In this document: piece after piece, positions 1-22,795 of the stretch
Position numbering within the stretch: the stretch's first letter is position 1
How the letters are laid out: each line of letters starts with the position of its first letter
Assembly: GCA_002269645.1 (NCBI GenBank)
Contig: NIVC01000132.1
Span: 1-64,000 of the forward strand
DNA: 64,000 nucleotides
Reading direction: 5' to 3'
From: Macrostomum lignano
Taxonomy: Eukaryota
Program-made: the position numbers and the translations under genes
Notes under the pieces: model-generated
Database searches by the model: none
What the model saw: only the letters and a program-made list of their open reading frames with translations
Told to the model about the DNA's origin: nothing

Positions 1-390
1 TTTGCAAGACAACCGACATTTTTGAAAACTATAATAATGGTTACAAAAAAGGATGATATTTAGTTTTGCTTTTTAGTCTCATTTATTTTGTTGTTTCTGA
101 CAGTATTGTAGTTAATCATATTTATTGTTGATATTTCATCAATAAATAACAAAGCATGTGTTTCTTAATATACTACATATTGCAAGACTCCTGTAGCGAC
201 TCTACAGTTTCGACTGTTAATGAATGCATAACTAATTAGAGAATATTGTAATGGATATCAATTGCAATCATTGCATTTAGTCCTGAACAGCGCTGGATCG
301 TCTGTTTAATCAACCCGCAGAAACATGAGTTACTATTCACTAGTAAGTGCAGATGATTTTTAATAGGCATGCCAATTATAGTAATAAAAA

Positions 391-10913
<10,523 letters not shown>

Positions 10914-11325
10914 TCCTTTGGTTGTTTTCTTCTTCTAAACTGAAGTGAACAGAAGCAAGATATAGCTAACAGCTCAAATTATTGAATTAGCTAAAATCTG
11001 CAAATAAATGCCGTGAAAGCAGATCCATCTTAAATCAGAACCCAGCAGTGCCTACACACTGCAATATGCTTTGAAAAAAATTGAACATATATATAGGGAC
11101 TGACTTTAATAACTTTTAGTGCGCTGTCTATAGTTATTTTAGGCGTAATTAAACCGTAATTAAAGTGCACTAGGTACAAGGTAAAGAAACGTATTTATGG
11201 CTTTGGACATGAACTCCAAATAAATACGCTGCCGTAGTCTATGGCCAGGGCCAAGTGAGAATATTTCTCATTTTATTTGAGAAGCCGAGCATTCAATTTA
11301 AAGACACGGCCAACCATACTTCAAC

Positions 11326-11514
11326 CAAGGACAACTTGATCCTGCACCCGCCTTCTGACTGCCTATTAAAAAGTCAAATATGATACAAGTATACATTGGC
11401 AACTGAAAGCATACGCATACGGATGGGTCATAGAACAATGCTTTTAAACGAGCCTCATACTTTTTTCGCCATGAATTGGCTCGTTTCCGGTCCTGAGTTA
11501 TCAAGTTGTCCTTG
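11326..11514. mobile_element. hAT-type MITE, 189 bp
   Basis: Perfect 15-bp TIR CAAGGACAACTTGAT / ATCAAGTTGTCCTTG; 8-bp TSD ACTTCAAC at 11318-11325 and 11515-11522. Confidence 0.85.
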
Positions 11515-14500
11515 ACTTCAACCCATGCTTCGACGATAGTCTATGGCCAAAAGCGTACATCGGGAGTGCATTGAATTCAAAATACTGAATTCAGACTTTA
11601 ATCTCAGGTCAGTAATGATTAGCGACGCAGAAAGCGAACAAGTGATGGAGTGAATAACATTTTTGTGATGCACATAGCGAACAAGTCAAAAATGCAACTG
11701 TGAGTTGCGATTGTGACTAAAAACTATCAGACTACGTGTGCTTAATCAGATAGTTTCACGGGCCAAGCAGTGTGTGCAAACCAGGCTCCACTCTTGGCAA
11801 CCAAGCCTGAATCCTGTGCATGTGTGCTACAGACCATAGAGTATAGACTGTGTTTTGACTATAGAAGAAAGTACAAGTAGAAACTGATTGTGATTGGCAG
11901 CCTTAAAATGAATGCTTGAATTCTTAAATAAACTATGCTATAATTAGTTGTACATAGTACTTTCAAAAACAAAAAATCTAACAAAACGAATTTGCTTACC
12001 TCGTAATGTCGTAACACCACGTTAACTTTCGTTTGATTTTCACTTGTGCTTCTAAGGCCTTAGGAGTTTGGACAAAGTCTAAAGTTAAATCGCAACTGTC
12101 TAGCACACTGATAACCTTTCTTTGTCTTAATGTACACCAGAGTTTGAATGCCAGTGGAATTCCCCCAAAGCCAATAAAATCTATTACTGACTGTTTTTAT
12201 TTAAACAACCGGGTCAACACATGTACATTGCCTGAAAGGGTCATTCGCGTGGCCATAAAATCACACGATTTTACATCAGATTCCCTACCATTCCGTTTGA
12301 TTCACAAATAAGATAAGACGTACGCAGGTCAGAAAGGGTAGCCTAGGCATAGTGTACATACTGGTACTATGTACATACTATGTACGATTGCAATTATCCT
12401 TGCTTATCATTATATTATTTGCCCCTCTAATTTGCACTATTAGCAACATGATACGAATGGCGTTGTACCAATTTGTATAATTACTTTAGCTTGTTATGCA
12501 TTAATCGTATTATTACAAAATAAGATTATTCTATAGAAATTTAAAGAATAGTATATTCAAAAGAATATTACTAATGAATTATTGTGAAACGCCGCAAACA
12601 GCCATGTATGAAAACAGAGTTCATTTTTTCTAATTCGGCAATCCAATTGGCTAATTTTGCGATTGCAATCTTAAAAAAGATCGTTCTTATGTAGGACGCT
12701 GAAGGCGTTGCGCCACAGACAGCCCTTTTGCGAATAGGTCGAGCTTGTCTGTCATGTACAAGTACAGTAATTAGCCAAAACCAATGAATAAATGAAAGCA
12801 AAATATTGATGCATTTTGCACCGAAAATGTAGCATACGCTCGTAGTTGTTGTAGCAGTAGGTTATAGCAAAAAGTGCAATTTAAGTGGCAAGCAGAAGTC
12901 GTACTTACCTATTGATTGATAGACGAATAAATTCAGACATTCAAAAAAATGTTTGATAATCGAGCAGCACTTTTGGAACTCACCTTTGCCAAGAAATATT
13001 TTACAATGGGCTGTTACTGCTTCGTTGTTCATTTTTTCGATGAAGAATTGACGGGCCACATAGGTTTAGACTTGGTTGAGAGCAATAAATATAGCTATCA
13101 TGAAAATGTTTTAACACCTGTTTACATTATAGCATAGGAACTGTGGTGTGCAGCACACTTACATTGCTAGCTGCAGTTCAAGTACCTTCAGTTTACAGCA
13201 ACCGTATTAGAGGCGCTAAAACTGAAACTGTTGATGGCTATGTTTCTAGAAGCAATGCTGTCGCAATCTTCCAACTGTAGCGTCTGCCAGAGAGTTGCAT
13301 TGCATGTGCAGTTAACTTGTACAGTTTTTCGCATCGCAATTCGCTGCACAGTTTAGCTTGTATATGTTACACTGAGATGGGCCAAAAGCATGGCAAAGGA
13401 CAGGCAGACCACTCCGTGATTGGAGTTCAAGTGTAGGCGCCAAGGTATTCTTACATTCAGATCGAACTTCATGATTATTAAGAATTTACAAGCCCGAATA
13501 CAGTGTTCGCTGGCGCGCTTGAATTTTATTAATGCTGTTGGGGCGTACATGTAAATGAAAAACACAGGTCACGGAACCAAAGTCGCATACGTGGTCACAA
13601 CCATAACTCCTGACAGCTTGTGCATAAGGAGATGCAGGCACAGTTACACTACTTCATATATATACGCTTCCAAACTTCACAATTCTATGAAGTGGACGAA
13701 GCGGATTTAGAACAAAAAACTTGCATTCTGCGGCCCCCATTGGGGAGGCAATAAAGAAATAAAAAATTGAATAAACTACTCAATATCCCTGGTAGGTTGT
13801 GTGACCTTGACCTTGAGCCATTGTTAGTATCCTAAGATGTTTAGCCAGCAATCTGGCCTAAGATGTCAGCACCCGCTGTGAGGTTTGGCATCAAAGCCTC
13901 TGTTTAAGCCATGGTTTGACCTTAACTCTCCGTTTGATGTTTGGCCTACTAACAACTAATCGAGCCTCGGAATCTCGATTACCCCCTCCTCATAAACCAC
14001 AGCATTTAAACAGTCCCCTCCTGACAACATTTAGGCCCCCCGGAGATGAGCAGAAGAATGTACCGCGTTAACAGGAAACGGACTAAAAGCACTGTGAGGG
14101 ATTATATGCTTAGAAAAGGAAAGAACGGCTTGCAGGGGTCCCCATTCTAACATCATCTGGACATTTTAATAAATCATGGAGTTACAATCGCGCCTGCAGA
14201 AACACTTGTCCAGCTTAGCAGAATGCTGTCTCGCTTCAATCTCCTTGTGCTCGTCCTGCTGCCGCGCTTGCATGTCGCTATGCCGCCAGTCCTGAGCCCT
14301 TTCGCCGTTATCTCCGATCAGTGTGTCTATGTCATCATGCAGCAACTTCAACTACACGTAGGGGAATTTTTTTCTCCCGCGTCGGGACATTTTCATCACG
14401 CACCCCATCCCGTTATGGGATTATTAATCTCACTTTCGTACGAATGTTATCCCGTTGTTGGCTCAACTGCGTGTTCCCCTTAATTCTATATTTTTTTCCT

Positions 14501-15513
14501 TCTCTACAGCTGCTGGACCCGGCGCGTATTTTAACTTTTCTTCTTTTGGTCCAGCCGAAGTCGCTGTGTAATATTGCTTACAAAAAAATCAATGCTCATT
14601 ATGTGTAAAATGCTTATTTTTTCCCTTTCCCCTCTGGCTCTTGTTTTTCTGCTCCCATTTTTGCTCTCTCTACTTTGGTTGCGTTTGCCTAACTTCCTTT
14701 ATTAACTAGCCGTAGCACCGCGGCCCGCCGAACATTCTCGCCGTATTATTAATAATTTAGTAATAACGCTTATCCTGCTCAACATTGAATTAATAAAGAA
14801 CGATAATATCTAATTGCATTACTACCACATTTATACGTTAACATTAAGCCATAGCGTATCTTGAGTCTTTTGCCCATGGGGCGTAAAATAACCAAAGTTC
14901 TCCCAGCTCAAAGAAAGATCAGAGACTTATTCGTTCCGGTGTTGGCAGCAACTACCCTACTGAAAGTAACAAGCTCAGCCAATCGACACACTATTTTACG
15001 GAGTCAGAATCTCCGGTGTTTCATCGCTTTGAACGACCGCGCCGCTAACGACCGCTCCGCTACGATTACGACTACCCTCCCCCGGACTTACCAGTATGTG
15101 TATAACTTTGGCCGATCGATACCGACGTTAAACCGATGTTAAAATGTACATAGAGGGAGTGGGGTGGCTGCACACTGATGACAAGTAGAATGGGGTGGCT
15201 GACAGGGAAATCCACAAGGCCACCACAAGGCGCCTACCAATAAAAAGCAAGGCAAACTAAGCAAATGGCATGATTCTGCATTGATGACTCACTCGACACT
15301 CCTTACCCCTGTCTCTGTGCGCAACTACATGTGTATACTGTTTGCATTTAAAAACATTGCCGAAGGAAACTTTTGCCGACGCTAACTTTTCCCATTCAAA
15401 ATACATTGCCGACGTAAACTTTTACCGACGCTAACTTTTCCCATTCAAAATACATTGCCGACGTAAACTTTTTCTATAAATTATATATTCTAATACATTG
15501 CCGACGTAAACTT

Positions 15514-15569
15514 CAAGGACCACTGTAGTACAGTGTGTACAGTGTACAGTGTGTGTACACTGGTCCTTG
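15514..15569. mobile_element. Ultra-short hAT-type MITE, 56 bp
   Basis: TIR CAAGGACCACTGTA / TACACTGGTCCTTG (13/14 match); 8-bp TSD GTAAACTT at 15506-15513 and 15570-15577. Confidence 0.8.
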
Positions 15570-16520
15570 GTAAACTTTTGCCGACGCAAACTTTTCCCGT
15601 TAAAAATACATTGCTGTGGCGGCCAGACTGTACGCGACCGGCAGCACCAGTGCAGCCGCACTGGAAACCCTCCAACCTCTGTCTAGCTGAGGTGGGGTGG
15701 TTGCGCATCAGGCTAGCCGGCTCGCTAAGCCAGGGGGGTTGGCGTAGCCTATCACGCCACGCCCCCTGTTCGCACCTCCCTAGGCCCCTGATGAATCTCG
15801 CGCAGTTTGTGTAAATATGCTGCTGTAAATATTGAAATATAAATATATGCGCAAAGCAGCACAAAACTCTTCGCTGCCATTCCATCTATTGAAAAAAAGG
15901 CCTTCCGCCTCATTGGTGAGCCCGACTCCCAGCGCGGAACGCTGGGCCAACCTGGTCAGCCCTGTGCGGTCCTGGCAGCCAACCGCCTTGGCCGACTGCA
16001 ACGGCAGCACAGCAGCCCCGCAGCATCGCAGCCCAGCAGCACCGCAGCCCAGCAGCACGGCAGCACAGCAACCATGGCAGTACCCCGCAGCACGAATCGG
16101 CCCAGTCAGCCCGCCCCCCGGTAGCTCCTGGGGTCTCGCCTTTCGGCCCCCGCGTTGGACCAACCAGCGCCACACGCTGCAGCTCATTCTATGTTAGCAC
16201 CGCTGCTGCTAGCCTAACGTCCCCAGCCTCTGTGCAGGAGCATCGACCCATCTCACGGCGGCAACTGACTGTCGATTGCCTCGGGTGTGATTCGCCTCGC
16301 GCCCCTGCTGCCATCGGCGCCCGCCCGGCGCCCTGCCGCCTTCGGCGCCCGCCTCGCGCCCTGCTGCCTTGGGCGCCCGCTCCTCTGCAACTCCGCGGTC
16401 TTCGGCGCCCGGTTTTCGGCGTCCGCTCCTCGGCACTCTCGCTGCTTCGGCTACCGCCCGACGTTCGGGGCCTAGCTCTGTGCTGGGGGGAGCTGTGTGG
16501 CGGCCAGACTGTACGCGACC

Positions 16521-17812
16521 ACCCTCCACCCTCCAGTCCTTTTGAAGGCATGAATGCCTTCCTCTGTGCCCCTCTTCTGGATATTTATATCAAAGGAGAG
16601 GCGGCGAAGAGCACTTGGCGTCTTTTGGATGCTGGGGTGGCCTTCAAGAAAGTGCGGGCCTTTAAGAAGCGGTCGCTTATCCCGCACTCTGACCTCTGCC
16701 TCAAGACTCTCGAGGAGTGTGACGGGCTTAACATACTCACGGACTCGATCCCAGCCACCCTTATCCTGAGCCAAAGGTATAAGGTCACAGCACTATTCAG
16801 CCTCGACACGAGGCGAGTGACAGCTGGAGCGATTCTGAAGTCCACTGTTACACTGACGGCTCAATGAGGCATGGTCTTTCAGCTTCGGAGCTTGCGTCTT
16901 CTTCAAGGGAGAAGTGGTGTGGAGCTACTCCCAGCACACTGGGCTCAACTCCAGTGTTTTTCAGAGCGAGGTGCTTGCCATCAGCTGCTGCGCGGCAGAG
17001 CTGCGCCAAAGGCAGCTCTGTCGGAATCTATTTTTCACTCTGACAGCCAAGCAGCCCTTCGGGCCCTCTGCCGCAGCACCACCAGCTCCAAATCTGTCTT
17101 GGACTGCAACACCCAGCTCAACGGGCTTGCGCTAGGCAACCGGGTGGAGCTCAGATGGATCCCGGGCCACGCTGGTTTTCTCGGCAACGAGCGCGCTGAC
17201 CTGCTGGCTAAGGCTGGCTCCGCCGGCGCGCTGCTGGGGCTGGGCCGGGGGGCCCCATCCCCGCCTCAGTGAGCAACTCCCGCGTTAAGCGCTGGACTGA
17301 TTCCGAGCATCTCCGCAGGTGGCAAGACTGTGCTGCCGTCCCCTACCCCTCTCCTCTCCTGCGTAGAGCCCTCAACCGCAGAGACCTCAGAGCAGTCAGC
17401 ATGGCCCTCTCCGGGCATAGCTGCTTCTCTCGCCACCGCTTCCTTCAGGGCCAAGTACCCGAGGAGCGGTGCCCCTTCCCCGCTCAGGCAGTGAAAACGC
17501 CGAGCACTTTATCTGCCACTGCCCGGTTTTCACCAGGGCCAGGCTCACTCACCTCGGGCCAAACCCGGTTCCCTCAGACGTTTGCAGGCCCGAGAGCATC
17601 CCGCTGCTCGTCCGGTACCTCAGGGACACGGGACGAGCTTATTTCTTCCCCACCGCCGGTGAGGAGGACCGCGCTGCAGGCGAGACCGACGGGCCCCCTG
17701 AGCGACATCACTTCGATAGCAGTCATTGGTCTCCAGGGGCTAGGGAATGGGCGGTCTCCTCCGCCTCCTCGCTGCATCCGCCGGACGCCCCCTGCAGCTA
17801 AATCAAGTTAAG
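16521..17812 (+). mobile_element. 5'-truncated, frameshifted non-LTR retrotransposon (RT-linker, RNase H, CCHC finger; LOA/Lian-like)
   Basis: Across frames: PLLDIYIKGEA..RL, HCYTDGS, SVFQSEVLAI, FHSDSQAAL, WIPGHAGFLGNERADLLAK, ENAEHFICHCP; 3' end CCCCCTGCAGCTAAATCAAG. Confidence 0.8.
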
Positions 17813-18309
17813 TCAACCTCCCTGGCGATCAATTCACTTCTTGAAATCGGTCGCGCAGCGCCCGGATGTCGCTAGTGTACATGTGTACGTGTAGAACTCT
17901 GCCGATTGATTCTCCAGCCACTGGTTGGCAAGGGGTTAGGTTCCTAGAGACTTATAGCTCTTCGTTAGACTCGAAATGGGGCCCGCGGAGCAGCCGCTTA
18001 TTTACATGCAAAAGTTGACAGAGCAGCTTACATGTAATTATAAAGTTGGAGGGTGCCAGGGCTGGTGAATTGGCCAGCGCCGCGTCGCCATGGATTTTAT
18101 GGTGGGGGGACAAAGCCGGGAATTCTACATGTGCATGTACATGACTGAATTTGTAGATGTACATTTTTTCAGAATCGGTATTTTTGGCGACGCATGCATT
18201 CATTTTGGCTCCGCAGGCATTTAGCAACAGTAAAAGGTATCAAAGCAACGAGTGTAACCAAAAGTGTCCGAACTACATGTACATCTATCAGCATCAAAGC
18301 GTGGCATAG

Positions 18310-19135
18310 CAGCTGTAGCTGGACCTGGAGCTGCGGTCTCAGGTTCTCTGAGTCTAAAACCGTGGCTATTATGTTCACCAGCCGCCGAAACTGGACGATC
18401 GAACCGCTCTCCCTCTATGGCAAACCCGTTGCCATGGAGAAACAAACCAGATGTCTGGGCATCACCCTCTCGACCACAGGTTGAACTGGACTCCACACGT
18501 CCAAACCAAAGCCCGCAAAGCTCTCGCGATTCTCGCGCAGATCTGCAAAGCTTTTGGCGCTACCTGGGGCCTCAGACTCCGTCGCCTCTGGTGAATTTAC
18601 TCTGCCATCGTGAGACCGGCCATCTCCTTCGCCGGCTTCATTTGGAACAGTGCCCTAGAGGTGAAAGGGGTTCTCGATGCTTTTAAACAGGGTGCAAGGC
18701 CGCGCTTGTCGAGCTATCATGAGCACGGCTACTGCATCGTGTATGGAGGGAGAACTGTGATGGCCTTCTTTCCAGCACACCGGCACCTGCTCCACTGATT
18801 TCCAGAACGAAGTTCTCGCATCAGCTCCTGCGCCATCAGCGCGTCTGGGGGAAGGAGATGATCCTCCGCTCGGTCAAGCGGCGATCCACGCCCTTGAGCG
18901 CACACCATCACCTGCTATCGTACAGTCCTCGACTGCATCAGGCAGCTCAACCGCTTAGTCGCATCTAACAAGGTGTCCCTATAAGGTGGATCCCCGGGCA
19001 CTCGGGCCACTCTGGCAACGAGCTGGCCGATCGCCTGACCAAGTCTGACTCGACCGGTTCTTTTACTGGTCCCCTTGCCCGTGGCCCCCCCCCCCAGATG
19101 CACGGAGCCCCCTGCAGCTAATTCTAAGTAAAAAA
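18310..19135 (+). mobile_element. Degenerate non-LTR retrotransposon fragment (RT C-terminal part joined to a 3' end)
   Basis: CGLRFSESKTVAIMF, CLGITL, LNWTPHV, IYSAIVRPAISFAGFIW; 3' end CCCCCTGCAGCTAATTCTAAG. Confidence 0.7.
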
Positions 19136-21344
19136 TTCCCTCTAAGATGCACATGTACACCACGGGAGAGCTCTAATCGGACCTTCACTTCCCCATCCCC
19201 ATGCCGCTTCGAATCCATCTAGGAGGAAAGACATTAATTTATCCAAATTCTGTTTTAGAAATTTATTTATGCATGCGAATAACCGTCAAAAAATTGGACT
19301 AAAAACGGTTTTTGTCAAACCGCTATAAACTGCGAATATTTCAGTACCTACCTGTTACTAAAAGAAGACGAAGAGGGTTTTATAGTGTGCAGTAGTTTGT
19401 TAGTGACCTGTATTTAGTAGCAGTAGCTGGAAAGGAGCGATGTGGCATTAGATTGGTGCTATGTCCGCAGTTTTCAAATGCAAGTACATGTAAACCTAGA
19501 GAGGGCATACTTCTTCAACCCATCGCCGCATGCAAATGTCCGGCTGGCAAACGTCGGCTGGCAAACGTTGGCTGGCAAACGTCGGATAGCGAACGTCGCT
19601 ATCCCTTCCATCGGCAATGTATTTAAAGAGGAAAAGAAGTTAGCGTCGGCAAAACTTTACGTCGGCAATGTATTTTGAATGGGAAAAGTTAGCGTCGGCA
19701 AAAGTTTACGTCGGCAATGTATTTTGAATGGGAAAAGTTAGCGTCGGTAAAAGTTTACGTCGGCAATGTATTTTGGACAGGAAAAGTTAGCGTCGGCAAA
19801 AGTTTTCGTCAGCAATGTATTAGAATATATAATTTATAGAAAAAGTTAGCGTCGGCAATGTATTTTGAAATGGAAAAGTTAGCGTCGGCAAAAGTTTACG
19901 TGGGCAATGTATTTTGAATGGGAAAAGTTAGCGTCGGCAAAAGTTTACGTCGGCAATGTATTTTGAATGGGAAAAGTTAGCGTCGGTAAAAGTTTACGTC
20001 GGCAATGTATTTTGAATGGGAAAAGTTAGCGTCGGCAAAAGTTTCCTTCGGCAATGTTTTTAAATGCAAACAGTATATACATGTAGTTGCGCACAGAGAC
20101 AGAGGTAATTGGAGTGTCGAGTGAGTCATCAATGCAGAACCACGCCATTTGCTTAGTTTGCCTTGCTTTTTATTGGTAGGCACCTTGTGGTGGCCTTGTG
20201 GATTTCCCTGTCAGCCACCCCATTCTACTTGTCATCAGTGTGCAGCTACCCCACTCCCTCTATGTACATTTTAACGTCGGTTTAACGTCGGTAAAAACCG
20301 ATCGGCCAAAGTTATATATATCCGGACTTGAGAACCCGGCTGTCGGAGTAAAACAGGGGAAAGAAATTCGTTGTGATTCGTCTGCGCGATTTCCGGCTTT
20401 ATTCGTGCGAACTCAACGCCGGCGGCAATTCAAACGTGAAAACCGCCCCACCTCAATTTCAAAACCAACCTATTCCTATTCCAAGAGAAACTTTCTCCAC
20501 CCCCACCTCAATTGAATGAATGTCAATCGGGATAAATGAGTTGAGCACCTTTAATGATGGCAGCAGCATATTAAATTAGCCTAGACCTTTTTCCTATGTT
20601 GTAGGCCTATTTTTTAAAATGGATTTATGCTTTTTTAGTTTATAGCTCCCTCCCTATTGATATTTTAGGATTTTAGCCATTAAATTTCTAGTTCAAATTC
20701 AAATATTGCATCTTTTATATAGCCCAACCTGCCAACCCCAACAATAATCTAGACAATACAAGTCTTCTTAGGCGATATGCTTGTAAGCAAGTAGTTCTAG
20801 ATTATAGCATGTAAACTGTGTTTTTAGTGTTTTTGACAATTTTCAAACTTAAAAAGTTTAAACCTCATTTTTAGAATGAATTAGATTAGCACTGCACTGG
20901 CTAGGGCCTAGATAGGTCTGTGTTGTATGACTATGATATGATGAGTAGGTACTCCAATGAGTTTTTAGATTCCAATAGTTTAGTATTCCAATAGTTTTTA
21001 GATTCTATTTGATAAATCTCTTTCCTTATTAGGCCTAGTAGAATAATACCCTACTTTTGAAGGTTGGACTTAGTTGGTCAAATGGGCCTATTTAATTAAT
21101 AAATAAAAGTCACAAAACTTTTTATATTTTAAATCCTTGTGTATCAAAAGATTAATCATGGCTTATCAAGAGTGCAAAAAAGACCCTGAACTAAAAAAAT
21201 TGCAAAAATGATACAATATTATAGATAAGTAGGCCTACTAAAGTTAATAATTTATTTAGCATTAATTTAGCACAAGAAATGCCTGCAGACAAATTGCTTG
21301 CCAAGATTTGCCTGCAGAAGATTTGCCCATTGACTTGAGATTTG

Positions 21345-21755
21345 CCTAGGCCTACCAAGAGTTGCCGCCAAGATTTGCCCATAGTGCAATTTGCCGGCAA
21401 GTGAATTGCCCACAAGCAAATTGCCTGCCAAGGTTTTCCCGAAATGCTTTTTTCCTGCAACACATTTGGCAGCTAGAATCTGTCTACATTGCCCCCCCCT
21501 AAAAATATGCATTTGATATGCAATTACTATCAAAATATTTTTATCATGTAAATCTCTTTATTAGTACTTACTTAGCCTTAGGAAGGCAATGCAGACAAAA
21601 TCTGCCATGTGGCTAAATGTGCTGCAGGAAAAAAGCATCGCAGGCAAACTTTGGTGGCAAAAAACTTAGTGGGAAATTTGCTTGCAGGCAATTCACTTGC
21701 AGGCAAATTGCACTGCAAGCAAATCTTGGTAGGCAACTCTTGGTAGGCAAATGGT
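21345..21755. repeat. Old diverged inverted repeat (palindromic MITE-like element)
   Basis: GCCTACCAAGAGTTGCC..GTGCAATTTGCC..TGCTTTTTTCCTGCA..CATTGCC is mirrored after an AT-rich spacer around 21500-21575; visibly diverged arms. Confidence 0.65.
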
Positions 21756-21989
21756 TGTACAATCTGAGGTGTCAAATCAAAAAGAGAAAAGGGACAAAAG
21801 TATAAAAGACCATTAAAAATGGGGGTGAAAGAGACAGAGAGAAAGAGCAAGCACAAAAGAAGGAAATATAAAATGTATACAAAATACACAAACTAATCAA
21901 CCTCAGAACACCCTAAGGTGACTTGCCCTGCTATGCAAGAGCTGAACATTGACGCTAGGGTTTTGAGCCTTAATGTGCAACAATTTCAG

Positions 21990-22520
21990 AATGCCAATCC
22001 AATACTCAGAATTAGAACAATTGATATTTTTGAAGAGCCCAATTCATTCCTATCATAGCAGCTCTTGCACTCCAGAAGGTGGTCCTGAAAAGCAGATTTC
22101 TTCAACCAATGCTCCCTAACTCTAAAGACTAATGTGCAAGTGACCACCTTGACTGTGTGAAAAAACAATCCTAATTGTTGTTTTGCACCATTTCCAAGAA
22201 GATCTCTAAGTTTTTTTTTATAGGTTCGAAGGGACACTATAGAAAAGGCAAGACCATCACAGGGTCATCCAGCTTTTCACCCATGATTCTGATGCACCTT
22301 GCCAGTAACCTCATCAGTAATGAACTTGCTAATCAAATAACTAAAATGAGATTTTTAGAGTATCCGTTCATACTTAAATTTCTAGTTAAGTTGTTCACCT
22401 CTTTATTAAATGCAGAGCTATATGTCATTATTGATAACAACTTTATTCTACTAAGTCTACTATGCCCTATGGTACTATCATAGCCAATTTTACATTCATG
22501 CCAGATGCCTTTCAACATTT
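21990..22520 (-). mobile_element. Penelope-like retroelement remnant (RT thumb to GIY-YIG linker)
   Basis: FNKEVNNLTRNLSMNGYSKNLI, PVMVLPFL and RVREH..SAFQDHLLEC resemble the E..L...NGY, LPY and R..EH..SA...H motifs of Penelope-like elements; stops and frameshifts present. Confidence 0.5.
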
Positions 22521-22795
22521 GTTTTTATGAACCATAGGTAGAAGTCTAGCAGCTGGCTTAGACAGCTTTGCTCAAAACTACCCCTCAAATGGAATCTTAT
22601 TCTTAGGCATGGCAGGCATTGTATGGCAATTTCATTATAGGGTCTGTAGCCTAGCCACATACTCAGTAGATGTTAATCAAGTAAGATTTTGTCCACCAAT
22701 GCATTTAAGCCTAAAGCCTATCTCTTATATGCCTAAAGTTGTTGTTTATCAAAAATTTCTCCAATTTTTTGCATGCTAGTCAGACTTTAGTTGCC

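Larger units (their letters stand above)
15101..20316. mobile_element. Foldback-like DNA element (~5.2 kb) with long, internally repetitive TIRs and nested cargo
   Basis: Left arm ~15101-15614 is the reverse complement of right arm ~19630-20316 (TATAACTTTGGCCGATCG..GGGAGTGGGGT..GCAACTACATG..). Both arms carry a 49-bp subrepeat AAAATACATTGCCGACGTAAACTTTTGCCGACGCTAACTTTTCCCATTC. Possible TA target duplication. Confidence 0.8.

Noticed and set aside
11236-11550. 13-bp direct repeat TAGTCTATGGCCA around the MITE
   Set aside because: It is not adjacent to the TIRs; possibly ends of another element, but unsupported.
14166-14351. Coding-looking 61-aa minus ORF with an upstream AG
   Set aside because: No recognisable motif or partner exons; the receptor already has its own signal-peptide exon. 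It may be a TE or gene remnant but cannot be supported.
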